A DNA stretch of 64,000 nucleotides. Source: an uncultured Verrucomicrobiae bacterium. GTDB lineage: Bacteria; Verrucomicrobiota; Verrucomicrobiia; Limisphaerales; Palsa-1400. The stretch covers positions 186,809 to 250,808 of the forward strand of contig CAVPOM010000010.1 in assembly GCA_963707025.1 (NCBI GenBank), given 5' to 3'. Below are positions 41,449 to 51,539 of this stretch, piece by piece. The notes below the pieces were generated by a model. That model made no database searches and was not told the origin of the DNA. It saw only the letters and a list, made by a program, of their open reading frames with translations. The first letter of the stretch is position 1; every line of letters starts with the position of its first letter. Both the position numbers and the translations under genes were made by a program.

Positions 41449-44184
41449 CTAATCTTCGGCGCTGGAGTTTATATCCAGCGCCACAAAGCGAAGCAACTCG
41501 GAATTGTTCATTTCTGTCAACAATCGCTCTCCGCCTTCGCCCAGGACATCTTCGGCCAGGGCGCTCTTGCTGGCAATCACTTCGTCAATCCGCTCCTCCA
41601 GGGTCCCGCGGCAGGTGAATTTATGGACCATGACATTGCGTTTCTGGCCGATGCGGAAGGCCCGGTCGGTTGCCTGGTTTTCCACGGCCGGGTTCCACCA
41701 GCGGTCAAAATGGATCACATGCGTCGCGGCGGTGAGATTGAGGCCCGTGCCGCCGGCTTTGAGCGAGAGCACAAAGAAGGGCGGGCCTCCGTCCTGTTGA
41801 AAGGCATCAACCAAGTCCTGGCGTTTGCCGACGGGAACGCCGCCGTGGAGGATGAGGCCGGCCTGGCCGAAGACTCCCGCCAGATGCCGCGCCAGCGGCT
41901 CGGTGATTTCGCGGTACTGGGTGAAAACCAGCACCTTCTCCTGGCGCGAGGCAATTTCCTCGCACAACTGCCGCAAGCGATTGAATTTGCCGCTCTCCGC
42001 CGGCGCATAAATCCCATCGCCCAGCCATTGCGAAGGGTGATTGCAGATTTGTTTGAAGCGGGTGAGAAACGCCAGGATGATGCCCCGGCGTTGAATGCCT
42101 TCGACCTCCGGCGCCTCCAGCCGTTCCGCCAGGTCCGCCACCGCCTGCTGATACAACGCGGCCTGGCGGCGCGTCAGCGGGCAGAATGCTGTTATTTCCG
42201 TCTTGTCCGGCAGGTCGGTGATGATGCGTTTGTCCGTCTTCAACCGCCGCAGAATGTACGGCCGCACCAGGCGGCGCAGCGGAGTGAATTGGTTCTGGTC
42301 GGTTTGCGAACGGCTCTTGAGAAACGCCGCAAACTCCCTGGCGCCGCCCAGCAGGCCGGGACACAGGAAATCGAAAAGCGACCACAAATCCGAAAGCCGG
42401 TTTTCAATCGGCGTTCCGCTCAGCGCAATCCGGTGCCGGCAGCGCAGTTCTCTCACGGCCCGGCTCTGGCGCGCGCCCGGGTTCTTTATTGCCTGCGCCT
42501 CGTCCAGAACGGCCAGCCTCCAGTTCACTTCCTTGATCCACGGCAAGCGAATGGCCATCGAATAACTGGTGATGACAAGGTCCGTGCGCTCCAGCGCTTT
42601 CGCAGGGTCTTTGCCCGCCTCGGCGAGTTCCTCTTTGGGAGTTTCCGCCGGATGGGCGTAAAACACCGATAGCGAGGGCGCAAATTTCTGAATCTCGGCT
42701 CTCCAGTTGGCAATGAGCGAGGCTGGCACAATCAGCAGGCTGGCCCCGGCTTCACTGGCCGCAGGCTGTGGTTGGGTCCGCCGGCGCTTGAGGACCAGCA
42801 GGAGGCCTAGAACTTGAATGGTTTTGCCGAGGCCCATGTCATCCGCAAGGCAGGCCCCCAGTCCCAGCCGATTCATGAACCAGAGCCAATGCGCGCCCTG
42901 GCGCTGATACGGACGCAATGTCCCCTGCAATTCCCGGCCCGGGTCCGACTCGGCCGATACTTCCGGTTGCTGCATCTCCTCCAACAGCTTCTTCAGAGCG
43001 TCTCCGGCCACGACGCTCGACCATGCCGCGCGCGCCGCTTCCGCCACCGGTTCACCCGCTTGTCTGCCAGCGAAGCCGGAGAGAAGGCGCAGGCCTTCAA
43101 GCAATGGCATCCCGCCCGGGCCGCCAGCAGCCTGAACCTTCTTCCAGTGATCCATGACCTCCTGGAGTTTGTCTCGATCCACCTCAACCCACTTGCCCTT
43201 GAGCAACACCAATCCGCTGGCCGATTGCAGTATGGCTTTTAGTTCCGATTCCGTCAGCGGCTCGCCCTCCAGCGACATTTGCACTTTGAAGTCCAGCAGA
43301 CTGTCCGCGCCCAGCAGGTTTCCCCCGGCTTCGCCGATCCGCACCGTCACCTGCGGCCGGGGTGGCCGGCCCGCCCTCCACCAATCCGGAATTCGAACCA
43401 CCAGGCCGCTTTGCTCGAAAAACGGAATGTTTTGCAGAAACGAGAAGGCTTGTTCGGGCCGCCAGACTTGCGGATGAAAAATCGCGCGTGAGTCCAACAA
43501 CTCGCGGGCCAGTTTGCTCTGTTCCGCCGCCCGCTGCACCGGCGCCAACAACGAGGCCAGCGCGGCGCGATTTTTCGCCCCGGCATACTCCTCCAAAGCT
43601 TTGCCCAACGGCAGATGCTGAACTTTTCCCTGCTCGGAAATGCGATGGGTGTAGGTGGCCAGAAAAGCAAAGGGATAGGCCGGGTGGCGCTTGTTCTCCG
43701 CCAGATGAAAAGTGACGCGTCCAACCGCGTTCCAGACCGGGTTGCAGCTTTTCAGATACGCCACCGCCCCACCCGGAGTTTGGGCGATGGCGGCATGAAC
43801 ATGGGCATCCAGTTCGTCCCAAAACCTTGCCAGGGCCGTGCCATTCAAATACTCCAGGCCCCGCATCGGCGGCGCCCCTTCCGCCAGCGCGGACCAATCG
43901 GCTTCCGCCGGCTTCGGAATCGTGATCGTGGAAGCATCCTGCAGGTTGGGATTGTGACACAGCGCGGTGAAGAGCCGTTGGGCAACGCCGCGCCAAAAGA
44001 CGAAGGTGGGAGGCAGCGGCTCATGCAGGAACCCTGACGCCAGCGCTTCCAAACCGCGCGCGGGCGCGGCCCCGAAGGCCTCGGTCAGGCGCACGGCGGT
44101 CGCGGGGCTGAGTTTCGGTTCAGCCTGGCCGTCCGGTTCGACAAATAAATGTCCTCCGGGAGACAATGCCAGGGCATAAGACAT
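41449..44184 (-). CDS. SNF2-family helicase/ATPase
   Basis: LADDMGLGKT, DEAQAIKN, SGTPIEN, SLKAGGTGLNL, QATDRAFRIGQ. Confidence 0.96.
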   Translation of the reverse strand: MSYALALSPGGHLFVEPDGQAEPKLSPATAVRLTEAFGAAPARGLEALASGFLHEPLPPTFVFWRGVAQRLFTALCHNPNLQDASTITIPKPAEADWSALAEGAPPMRGLEYLNGTALARFWDELDAHVHAAIAQTPGGAVAYLKSCNPVWNAVGRVTFHLAENKRHPAYPFAFLATYTHRISEQGKVQHLPLGKALEEYAGAKNRAALASLLAPVQRAAEQSKLARELLDSRAIFHPQVWRPEQAFSFLQNIPFFEQSGLVVRIPDWWRAGRPPRPQVTVRIGEAGGNLLGADSLLDFKVQMSLEGEPLTESELKAILQSASGLVLLKGKWVEVDRDKLQEVMDHWKKVQAAGGPGGMPLLEGLRLLSGFAGRQAGEPVAEAARAAWSSVVAGDALKKLLEEMQQPEVSAESDPGRELQGTLRPYQRQGAHWLWFMNRLGLGACLADDMGLGKTIQVLGLLLVLKRRRTQPQPAASEAGASLLIVPASLIANWRAEIQKFAPSLSVFYAHPAETPKEELAEAGKDPAKALERTDLVITSYSMAIRLPWIKEVNWRLAVLDEAQAIKNPGARQSRAVRELRCRHRIALSGTPIENRLSDLWSLFDFLCPGLLGGAREFAAFLKSRSQTDQNQFTPLRRLVRPYILRRLKTDKRIITDLPDKTEITAFCPLTRRQAALYQQAVADLAERLEAPEVEGIQRRGIILAFLTRFKQICNHPSQWLGDGIYAPAESGKFNRLRQLCEEIASRQEKVLVFTQYREITEPLARHLAGVFGQAGLILHGGVPVGKRQDLVDAFQQDGGPPFFVLSLKAGGTGLNLTAATHVIHFDRWWNPAVENQATDRAFRIGQKRNVMVHKFTCRGTLEERIDEVIASKSALAEDVLGEGGERLLTEMNNSELLRFVALDINSSAED

Positions 44185-44469
44185 GACGCACGGAGCATAT
44201 AATCCGCTGCCTCCAATACGCCATCAGTTTCCAGGCGTGTGCGTTGAGAAAACTCCAGTCCACAGCCCGCGGAAAACGCCCGTCTTGCTGCCAAACAGTT
44301 GCCAACGGGGAGGGCGCGGACGGACTACTCATCGCTGCGCTGTCTCCGGAAGCGTTTTAATCCGGCACCCAGGGTGGTGCTCTTGTCCCGCCAAATCAAT
44401 GAGCGGCAAAAGCAGAGGGAAACCGCGTCGTTTACTTCGTAAATCATTTGTCCCATTCTCATCGGCGAA

Positions 44470-45043
44470 ATGGCACAGCCCAGCCGCAGCACGATCGCGG
44501 AACACTATTCAGGAATCCTCAAAGAACTTGGCGCCGGCCTTGACTCCGGGGGATGAAAGAAACGCCACTGCGCGCCGCCAAGGCTTTGGTGGAAATGACA
44601 GAGGGATCCCGGATGGAAACCGATCAGCTCACGAAAATGTTCAAGGCTGAGTGTCAGACGGCCATCTGCCACGACATGGTGATTGTGCAAGGGATCAAGG
44701 AGGCCGGCTTGTGCGAGCATCACCTGTGCTGCCGATTCTCATGAGCATCACCATCGCCTATGTTCCCGACAAGAAGATCTTGGGGCTGTCCAAGCTCTCC
44801 CGGATTGCAGGATGCTTCGCACGAAGATTCCAGAACCCGGAGCGGACCGTCCATCTCATTGCCACATTTATCGAGCAAATCGTCGAACCCCTGGGAGTGG
44901 CGGTGCGGATTGATGGCCAGCACCTGTGCGCCATGGCGTGCGGGGTCCGTGACACCCATTCGATCATGAAGGTGAACGTGATGCACGGAGTGTTTCAGAA
45001 AGATCAGCATTTGCGCAACGAGTTTTTGGCGAGGCTGTCTTAA
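44470..45043 (+). pseudogene. folE: Divergent GTP cyclohydrolase I, two frameshifts (about 44550 and 44727)
   Basis: ETPLRAAK, CEHH, ILGLSKLSR, HLC, RNEFL are spread over three segments broken by two frameshifts. Confidence 0.85.
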
Positions 45044-46875
45044 TCTCGCGCATGGGCCGTTCCAGAAAACGAACCTCGCTGGAGAATGGTTTCCTCTTCG
45101 TGGATTTTCATCCGCGCCGAAAGAATCGCCGCGCGTCCGAGGTAGCCGACCACGCGGCTCGGGTTATGGCGCTCCACCACCGGCAACCGGCCCACGTCTC
45201 GATCCAGCATTTTGGCGAGAGCCGCGTATAACGGCTCATCGGGAAAAGCGACCACAAGATCAGTGCTGACGGCCTCCGCCAGGGTCATCTCCGCCTTCTG
45301 CTCCTGCCGCAACGCACGAACAATGTCACCCCTGGTAATAATGCCGACCAGCCGATTTTGGTCGTCCATAATCAAAGTTCCCTGTCGCCGGGTTAGGTCG
45401 GAGTCGCCGCGGGCGATCCGATCAGAAAGCTCCGCAAGTTTCATCTTGGCGGAGACGATCGGCACGTCCAGGTCCATCACATCGCGCACGCGCGCGAGTT
45501 CGAGCGGGTCAATGCTGTATTCGCGCGTAATGTGATGACCGCGACGCGCGAGCTTTTCGGTGAGGATGGAGCGGCGCATGAGCAGCACGGTCACGCCGAG
45601 CGCCGCCACTGAACCGATGAGCAAGGCGGGGAAAAGGTTAAAGTCCCGCGTTAATTCGACGGCGAAAACCATCGCGGTCAGCGGCGACCTCATGGTGCCT
45701 CCCATCATCGCCGCCATGCCGATCAGCGCCCAGAGACCGGGGTCTCCAACGGGAATCCATTGACTGGCGAGCGCTCCGAGCGCCCCACCCATGATCAGCA
45801 AGGGCGCCAGCACTCCGCCGGACGTTCCGGATCCCAAAGCGATGGACCACACCAGGGCTTTGGCCACGAGCAATCCCATGACCGCCGCCCCCACCAGCTC
45901 GCCACGCAACAAGCTGTGGATGGTATTGTAACCCACCCCAAGCACGCGCGGTTCCAGGACGCCGCCCAGGCCAATAAAGACCGCGCCAATCGCCGGCCAC
46001 CACATCCAGTGCAACGGCAACTTTTGAAAAAGATCTTCGCAGGCGTAAACGAGCATCGTCAACAAGCCGGAAGCGAAGCCGGCCAAAACCCCCAGCCCGG
46101 CCGCAATCGCCAATATCGTGGGGGAAGGGAGAAGGTGGGCCGCCACGACAAAGATTGGCCCCGCGCCGAGCAACGGCACGCGCAACACCGAGGCGACAAT
46201 CGAAGCCACTGCCACCGGAATGAAGCTGCGCGGTTTCCATTCGAACAACAGAAGCTCCACCGCCAGCAACACTGCCGCCACCGGCGTGGCGAACACGGCG
46301 GCCATGCCCGCCGCCGCGCCTGCCACCAGGAGCGTTTTGCGCTCCGCCGCGCTCAGGTGAAATTGTTGCGCGAAGATCGAGCCGAACGCGCCACCCGTCA
46401 TAATGATTGGGCCTTCCGCGCCGAAGGGTCCGCCGGTCCCGATGGCAATGGCGGCGGAAAGCGGTTTGAGCAGCGCGACCTTAAAGTCAATGCGGCTGCG
46501 ACCGAGCAGAATGGCCTCCAGTGCCTCCGGAATGCCGTGCCCGCGGATTTTCTCCGAACCAAACCGCGCCATCAGCCCGATGATGCACGCTCCCGCCACC
46601 GGCACCAGCACCACCCAAAGTCCTAAATGATGGCCTTGCGGTACGGCGGGGGCGCCGGAGAAGCGGTGGTAAAAAGCAAGATTCGTGATCGCGGCAATCA
46701 GCCACAGCAAAGCAGAGGCGACGATGGAACCGATCGCGCCGATCACCACGGCCATGGCGGAGAGCAGCAGCACCCGGCGGTTGGTGCTGAAATCCGCCAG
46801 CTCGTCGGCAACGGATGCATGGGACGCGGCCGCTTCCCCGTTTCGGAACGACGGCATTAATGGTTTCGTTTGCAT
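45040..46875 (-). CDS. ClC-family chloride channel/antiporter with CBS pair
   Basis: GHGIP, GAEGP, GGVLAP, GVGY; C-terminal CBS domains. Confidence 0.93.
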   Translation of the reverse strand: MQTKPLMPSFRNGEAAASHASVADELADFSTNRRVLLLSAMAVVIGAIGSIVASALLWLIAAITNLAFYHRFSGAPAVPQGHHLGLWVVLVPVAGACIIGLMARFGSEKIRGHGIPEALEAILLGRSRIDFKVALLKPLSAAIAIGTGGPFGAEGPIIMTGGAFGSIFAQQFHLSAAERKTLLVAGAAAGMAAVFATPVAAVLLAVELLLFEWKPRSFIPVAVASIVASVLRVPLLGAGPIFVVAAHLLPSPTILAIAAGLGVLAGFASGLLTMLVYACEDLFQKLPLHWMWWPAIGAVFIGLGGVLEPRVLGVGYNTIHSLLRGELVGAAVMGLLVAKALVWSIALGSGTSGGVLAPLLIMGGALGALASQWIPVGDPGLWALIGMAAMMGGTMRSPLTAMVFAVELTRDFNLFPALLIGSVAALGVTVLLMRRSILTEKLARRGHHITREYSIDPLELARVRDVMDLDVPIVSAKMKLAELSDRIARGDSDLTRRQGTLIMDDQNRLVGIITRGDIVRALRQEQKAEMTLAEAVSTDLVVAFPDEPLYAALAKMLDRDVGRLPVVERHNPSRVVGYLGRAAILSARMKIHEEETILQRGSFSGTAHARD

Positions 46876-46890
46876 TAACACAGCGCATCG

Positions 46891-46909
46891 TATATCGTAT
46901 TACGATATA
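46891..46909. promoter_or_regulatory. Perfect 9-1-9 palindrome, probable MarR operator
   Basis: TATATCGTA-T-TACGATATA between the divergent ClC and MarR genes. Confidence 0.75.
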
Positions 46910-46959
46910 TGTCAAACCCGGCATGGCTTTTGTTCGCGAGTGTGTTAGATTTGCCAGCC

Positions 46960-47385
46960 ATGACGAAACCCAAAAAGTTGGTCAAATCGGAGTATGAGAC
47001 GCTGGCCTTGTTTCGTTATGCGCTCCGGCAGTTCCTCCATTTTAGCGGAACAGCCGCGCAATCCGCCGGCATCACGGCGCAGCAGCATCAGGCGCTGCTG
47101 GCCGTCAAGGGTTTTCCCGGACGCGACCGTGTCACGGTGGGCGAGTTGGCGGAACGATTACAGCTTCGCCACCACAGCGCGGTTGGGCTGGTGGACCGGT
47201 TGGTGGCGGAGAAACTGGCCGTGCGCGGGGCGTCCGCGGAGGATCGCCGCCGGGTTCTGATTCAGCTCACCAGTCGCGGCGAAAGAATCCTGGAGAAACT
47301 TGCCTGCCTCCATCGCCAACAACTGAAGCAGATCGGACCGGGAATCCGCCAGTTGCTGGCGCGGCTTGGTTCTACTGGGGAATAA
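46960..47385 (+). CDS. MarR family regulator
   Basis: GITAQQHQALL, TVGELAERL, DRRRVLIQLTSRG. Confidence 0.92.
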   Translation: MTKPKKLVKSEYETLALFRYALRQFLHFSGTAAQSAGITAQQHQALLAVKGFPGRDRVTVGELAERLQLRHHSAVGLVDRLVAEKLAVRGASAEDRRRVLIQLTSRGERILEKLACLHRQQLKQIGPGIRQLLARLGSTGE

Positions 47386-47404
47386 AAGATTGGCGGCTGA
47401 TTGG

Positions 47405-48124
47405 CTATTCGCCAAGATTCCGCCGCAGAAGAGCATTCAAATTCGCCGGCGACAGGACCACAATGGTTTTGCCTTTGACCGTCAGAAGTTTTTGCTCGCG
47501 GAATTTTGCCAGGGTCCGCGACAAGGTTTCACTGACCGTGCCCAATTCCGCCGCCAGCACGCGCTTGGCCATGGCCAGCTCAATCCTGACAGGCTGTTCG
47601 TTAGGCAAATTCGGGCATTTTTTCACAAGCCAGTTTGCCAGCCGGGTTTCCACGTCTTTGAGAGTCAGGTCTTCGAGCTGGCCGACCAGCACCCGCAAGT
47701 GGCTGCTCATGGAACCGAGCATCCGCAACGCGAGTTCGGGCTGATGCCGGAGCAACGCCAAAATGCCGTCCTTCTGCACGAGCAACACCTGGGTCGGCTC
47801 CAGCACACGGGCATCGGCTGGATAACCCTTGTCCGAAGCCAGCGCCACTTCGGCAAAGGAATCACCCGTGCGGAAGATGTGGATGATCTGCTCCTTGCCC
47901 GCCGCATTGACCCGGTGGACGTTGACCGAACCGTGTTGCACAATATAAAAGCCGACGGCAGGGGATCCTTCACGAAAAAGGTATTCCCCCTTGGCCAGGG
48001 ATTTTACCACGGCGACATCCGCAATGCTTTCGAGGTCGGGCGAAGACAAGCCGGTGAACAGCCGGCAGCTTCGCAGGGTGGAGGTGATTCCGATCTTTTT
48101 TAATTCACCGGGTGCGAGCGGCAT
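47405..48124 (-). CDS. Crp/Fnr family regulator (DNR/NnrR/HcpR-like, no FNR Cys cluster)
   Basis: LFREG, GDSFAE, YPADA, HTH LAAELGTVSETLSR. Confidence 0.92.
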   Translation of the reverse strand: MPLAPGELKKIGITSTLRSCRLFTGLSSPDLESIADVAVVKSLAKGEYLFREGSPAVGFYIVQHGSVNVHRVNAAGKEQIIHIFRTGDSFAEVALASDKGYPADARVLEPTQVLLVQKDGILALLRHQPELALRMLGSMSSHLRVLVGQLEDLTLKDVETRLANWLVKKCPNLPNEQPVRIELAMAKRVLAAELGTVSETLSRTLAKFREQKLLTVKGKTIVVLSPANLNALLRRNLGE

Positions 48125-48135
48125 GGCCGGATCAT

Positions 48136-48381
48136 TCAAGCATCTTCCCGCCAAAAGTAAACCATCCAATCCGCGCCCGAACCGGGCTCCACTTTGGAGG
48201 CGAACCCTTCCGAGCCAAGTCTCTCAATCAGCGGCGACGGCAGAAATGGCGCCAGGATGATCAAGCCCTCCGCCGGCTTGAGGCGGCCCACGCGCTGGAG
48301 GATTTCGGGAAACGGTTCGACGCCCCGGCGAATGAGATTGCGGACATCAAACCGTTTAAACTGGCTGATCGGCGGCATCAT
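48136..48381 (-). CDS. DUF2249 protein
   Basis: FDVR...EPF.EI...LIILAPFLPSPLI. Confidence 0.8.
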   Translation of the reverse strand: MMPPISQFKRFDVRNLIRRGVEPFPEILQRVGRLKPAEGLIILAPFLPSPLIERLGSEGFASKVEPGSGADWMVYFWREDA

Positions 48382-48451
48382 GGCGTTGCTTGCATTTAAC
48401 TCATTTGAGAATGAGCGCGGCTGAATTTCAATTCCGAACTGGTTCCCAACT

Positions 48452-48895
48452 TCATTTTACTTTCTTCATGGCGACAAAGACCGCTGCCCGTTGGCCGTCA
48501 TTCAGGATTTGGTCCATGGCGGGATAGAGCGAATCCTCCTCCTTTTGGTTGTGGAGGCGCAGGACCGATTCCAGGCGGCCCTCTTCGTCGCCGGTCGCAA
48601 AGTTGCCCAAGGCGAGCTTTCTGGAAATTTCATCCAAGTAAACCAGAATCTGCGCGTGGTCCCTGCGCAGGACCGCGGTCAGGCAGTTTCTGAGGTGGCC
48701 CAATTGCTGATCGTACCAACGGAAGAGGATCCTTTCCTCCCACAGAATGTGCCGTTCCAAACCGGCCTTGAACCCTTGAAACGCCTCCTTAGCCTTGCCC
48801 TGCTCGCCGGCTTTCAAGCTCTGGAAGCGGTGGAAGCAGGCGTGGAGATGTTCGTGGTCTTCCGTATAGTATTGATTGACAGTGGGGTCCGGCAT
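48452..48895 (-). CDS. Hemerythrin-like (HHE) protein
   Basis: EDH, RHILWEE, RDH, HNQKEE..LYP. Confidence 0.85.
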   Translation of the reverse strand: MPDPTVNQYYTEDHEHLHACFHRFQSLKAGEQGKAKEAFQGFKAGLERHILWEERILFRWYDQQLGHLRNCLTAVLRRDHAQILVYLDEISRKLALGNFATGDEEGRLESVLRLHNQKEEDSLYPAMDQILNDGQRAAVFVAMKKVK

Positions 48896-48921
48896 GGGAA
48901 CCTCCTTTGCGGAAACGCTGT

Positions 48922-49236
48922 TCAGTGGCGGCAGCCGCAGGCCGATTCCGTTTCGGCAACAGGCGCCTCCAAGGCCTTGAGTTTGGTGATCTTGACGCGA
49001 AATTCGTCCGGTCCTTTGACGAGGTGGTCCCAGGTAAACGCTCCGGGCCATTGCGCGGAGAATTGATAGTAGAGCGGGACGGGATCATGGTCGTTGAGCA
49101 GAACGAAATGACCGCCGACCGGCAGACCAAGCCAGGTTTGAATGATCAGGCCGTGTTTGACCGAACAGGGAATGGGACGCACGTCCATGACTTGATCCGG
49201 TCCGATGAGGTTTTCGCGTTGCGTTGTTTTGTTCAT
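48922..49236 (-). CDS. DUF2249 protein
   Basis: MDVRPI...KH...FVLLNDHDPVPLYYQF. Confidence 0.85.
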   Translation of the reverse strand: MNKTTQRENLIGPDQVMDVRPIPCSVKHGLIIQTWLGLPVGGHFVLLNDHDPVPLYYQFSAQWPGAFTWDHLVKGPDEFRVKITKLKALEAPVAETESACGCRH

Positions 49237-49281
49237 ATATGTGATGGATTCATGTTTGCAGTTGACTGAGTTTTGTTCATG

Positions 49282-49599
49282 TTAAAAACTTCCAACGCCG
49301 GTGGCGTTCCGTCCGACTTCGGTCATCATGGAGGGGCGCCACGGCGGGTCCCAGACCACTTCGACTTCGGCTGCCTCCACTCCTGCGAGGTTGAGCAGCG
49401 CCTGCTGCGCACCCCAACGGATGCTTTCATGCATCGGGCAGCCGGGAGTGGTGAGCGTCATCACCACGGTCACTTTTGGACCCGTGATGGAGACATTGTA
49501 AATCAAACCCAGGTCCACGATATTGCACCCCAGTTCCGGGTCAATAACCTGGCGCAAGATTTCAAGGATGGCCGCTTCGGTGATTTCGTTGGTCGTCAT
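49282..49599 (-). CDS. DUF59/SufT-like metal-sulfur cluster assembly factor
   Basis: DPELGCNIVDLGLIY, TLTTPGCP, VWDPPW. Confidence 0.93.
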   Translation of the reverse strand: MTTNEITEAAILEILRQVIDPELGCNIVDLGLIYNVSITGPKVTVVMTLTTPGCPMHESIRWGAQQALLNLAGVEAAEVEVVWDPPWRPSMMTEVGRNATGVGSF

Positions 49600-51038
49600 G
49601 CTGTTTTGGGCAAGGTTGAAATTGGCAGAGGGAACGGACTTAGTTTGAAGTAATGGGAGAGCATTTTGACCACGTTCAGGACGAGAGTCCCCACGCTCAG
49701 GGCCAGGAAACCGCAACCGATGCGGATGCCTGCTTCGTTGGACAGAATGATGGCTCCGCCCGTTCCGGTAAGTCCAGCCAGCCAGGCCCAATAACCCAGC
49801 GATTGCAGACGGGCGGAATAAAGGTCCGCCAGCGCGGGAACTTTGGCGCGGCCGATTTGCCGGCTGTAACGGCCGAACCAGACAAGAAAGGGGATGATTT
49901 TGTAGAGCATGCCCATGATGGCGAAGGTGACCACTCCGATCAGTCCGAGAAAGCCGTAAAGATTTTCCAGTTGTCCGGTGAAGGTGTTCTGGGGCAAACC
50001 GGGCCAGGACAGCACGACCGCCAAAACGGACAGCGGCAACAGGAGCACGATGGCCGTCAAAAAGTATTTGATGCCCCAATCCAGGGCGCGGCGTTTGCGG
50101 GCGCGCAGGATGGCCGTGAGTTCCCAGCCGTAAATCGCGAGCGCCGCACCCACCATCAAGGCAAAAGCCGGTTTCAGAGGACTGTGGCGCAGAATCGTCA
50201 CGAAAGAACCCGCCAACCCGAGGTTGAGCAACGCCACACTGGCCAGCGCGCGTCTCCGGCTCTGCACTTCGCTCAGGGTGAACATCGGGATGAGTTTGTA
50301 GGACACCCCGACGATCAGCATGGTGAAGAAACCCACGCCACCCAGATGCGCATGAGCATGCATCGTGCTGATGGCCCCAAAAGGGGTCAGGAAGCCCGAC
50401 ACCCACTTCAATCCATGCAACAGCACACCGATGGCCCCGGTTGGGGACGAGGGAGATTCGTATTCGTTGACGGATTTGGCCGCCGCGATGGAAAGGCCCA
50501 GGATGATGGTCAGCGAAATCCAAGCGAGCGCCGCGCTCACGGACGTGGCCGTGACGTTCCACTTCGGCACGCGCCACAGGGTTCGCGCGATGTTATAGAC
50601 AAAGAGGCCAACGCCCACCGCCAGCACGGAACCGAAATGCCCCACTTGCTCCATATTCCAGACCCGGAACATCCAGACCATACCAATGAAGCCAACAATG
50701 TGAAAAACGAATTGCCAGCGCGCGAGTTTTTCGCTGTAGAGCCTGGTTTCAAGGGCGACCGGCACCAATTGATACATCGCCCCCATGACCACCGAGCAAA
50801 TCCAGCCGAGCACAAACAGGTGGGTCGCAGCGATGACGTTCTGGTTGTAGTGGTAGGTGCCAAGGATGCTGGGCTGGACCACGAGCCAGGCGATGCCCGC
50901 ACATAGCGCGAGCAAACCGGTCAGAGTGAACATTAGCGGTAACGTCACCGACGGCGCGTTCGCTCCCGAGATCGGTGCTGTGGCAACCGGACGCGGCGTT
51001 GGCGGGTTAACGGCGGATATGGGTAAGGAAACTTCCAT
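49596..51038 (-). CDS. His-containing polytopic membrane protein (heme-copper oxidase subunit I-like / NnrS-like)
   Basis: About 12 TM; internal repeats THLFVLGW...GAMYQLVP, HAHLGGVGF...GVSYKLIP, GMLYKIIP; start uncertain. Confidence 0.65.
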   Translation of the reverse strand: MEVSLPISAVNPPTPRPVATAPISGANAPSVTLPLMFTLTGLLALCAGIAWLVVQPSILGTYHYNQNVIAATHLFVLGWICSVVMGAMYQLVPVALETRLYSEKLARWQFVFHIVGFIGMVWMFRVWNMEQVGHFGSVLAVGVGLFVYNIARTLWRVPKWNVTATSVSAALAWISLTIILGLSIAAAKSVNEYESPSSPTGAIGVLLHGLKWVSGFLTPFGAISTMHAHAHLGGVGFFTMLIVGVSYKLIPMFTLSEVQSRRRALASVALLNLGLAGSFVTILRHSPLKPAFALMVGAALAIYGWELTAILRARKRRALDWGIKYFLTAIVLLLPLSVLAVVLSWPGLPQNTFTGQLENLYGFLGLIGVVTFAIMGMLYKIIPFLVWFGRYSRQIGRAKVPALADLYSARLQSLGYWAWLAGLTGTGGAIILSNEAGIRIGCGFLALSVGTLVLNVVKMLSHYFKLSPFPLPISTLPKTA

Positions 51039-51525
51039 CGGGTTGCTCTTCGGTTGCAGCGGTGAAGCCGCGTTCTTCCAGTTGTGCGTACAAGTGCATC
51101 GGCCGCCGGTCCGTGCGGGCGCGGAGTTCCGCGCCCGCCGGCAGTGCGACCAGGGTTTCGAGGATTTTGACCAGCGGTTGCGGTGGCTCAAGTCCACGGG
51201 CATCCACCACTACGACTTGCGCCGGATTGGATGCGGCTCCGTTGCGCGAGACAATAGGGGCACGGGTCAGGGCCGCTCCCGCCGCTTGTGGGTCGGCCGG
51301 GCGCGTGAACAGGATTTCCCAATCGCCGGATGCGGTCGCCTGTCCCTTGTGAACCAACCCCTGCTTTTCCATGACGCGGAACAACGGCACAGGTTCAAAA
51401 GGCGCGATCACCAGCAACCGCTCATCCGCCTCCAAATCGGCGGCGGCTTTCATGATTTTTGAAAATGGTTCGCGTCCGCTGCGAATGTCATCGCGCACGT
51501 CCAGGGTTATGGTCTTGTTGTTCAT
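51007..51525 (-). CDS. Tandem DUF2249 protein
   Basis: LDVR...EPFSKIM...APFEPVPL and DARGLEPPQP...DRRPMHL. Confidence 0.85.
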   Translation of the reverse strand: MNNKTITLDVRDDIRSGREPFSKIMKAAADLEADERLLVIAPFEPVPLFRVMEKQGLVHKGQATASGDWEILFTRPADPQAAGAALTRAPIVSRNGAASNPAQVVVVDARGLEPPQPLVKILETLVALPAGAELRARTDRRPMHLYAQLEERGFTAATEEQPDGSFLTHIRR

Positions 51526-51539
51526 GGCGAAGGAGGGGT

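Noticed and set aside
44289..44305. Sigma54 promoter for SNF2 (TGGCAA-N5-TGGC)
   Set aside because: Weak match to consensus and no enhancer-binding protein nearby.
49600..50577. Long N-terminal extension of the DUF59 ORF
   Set aside because: Alternate frame of the membrane protein gene; ATG 49599 overlaps its stop.
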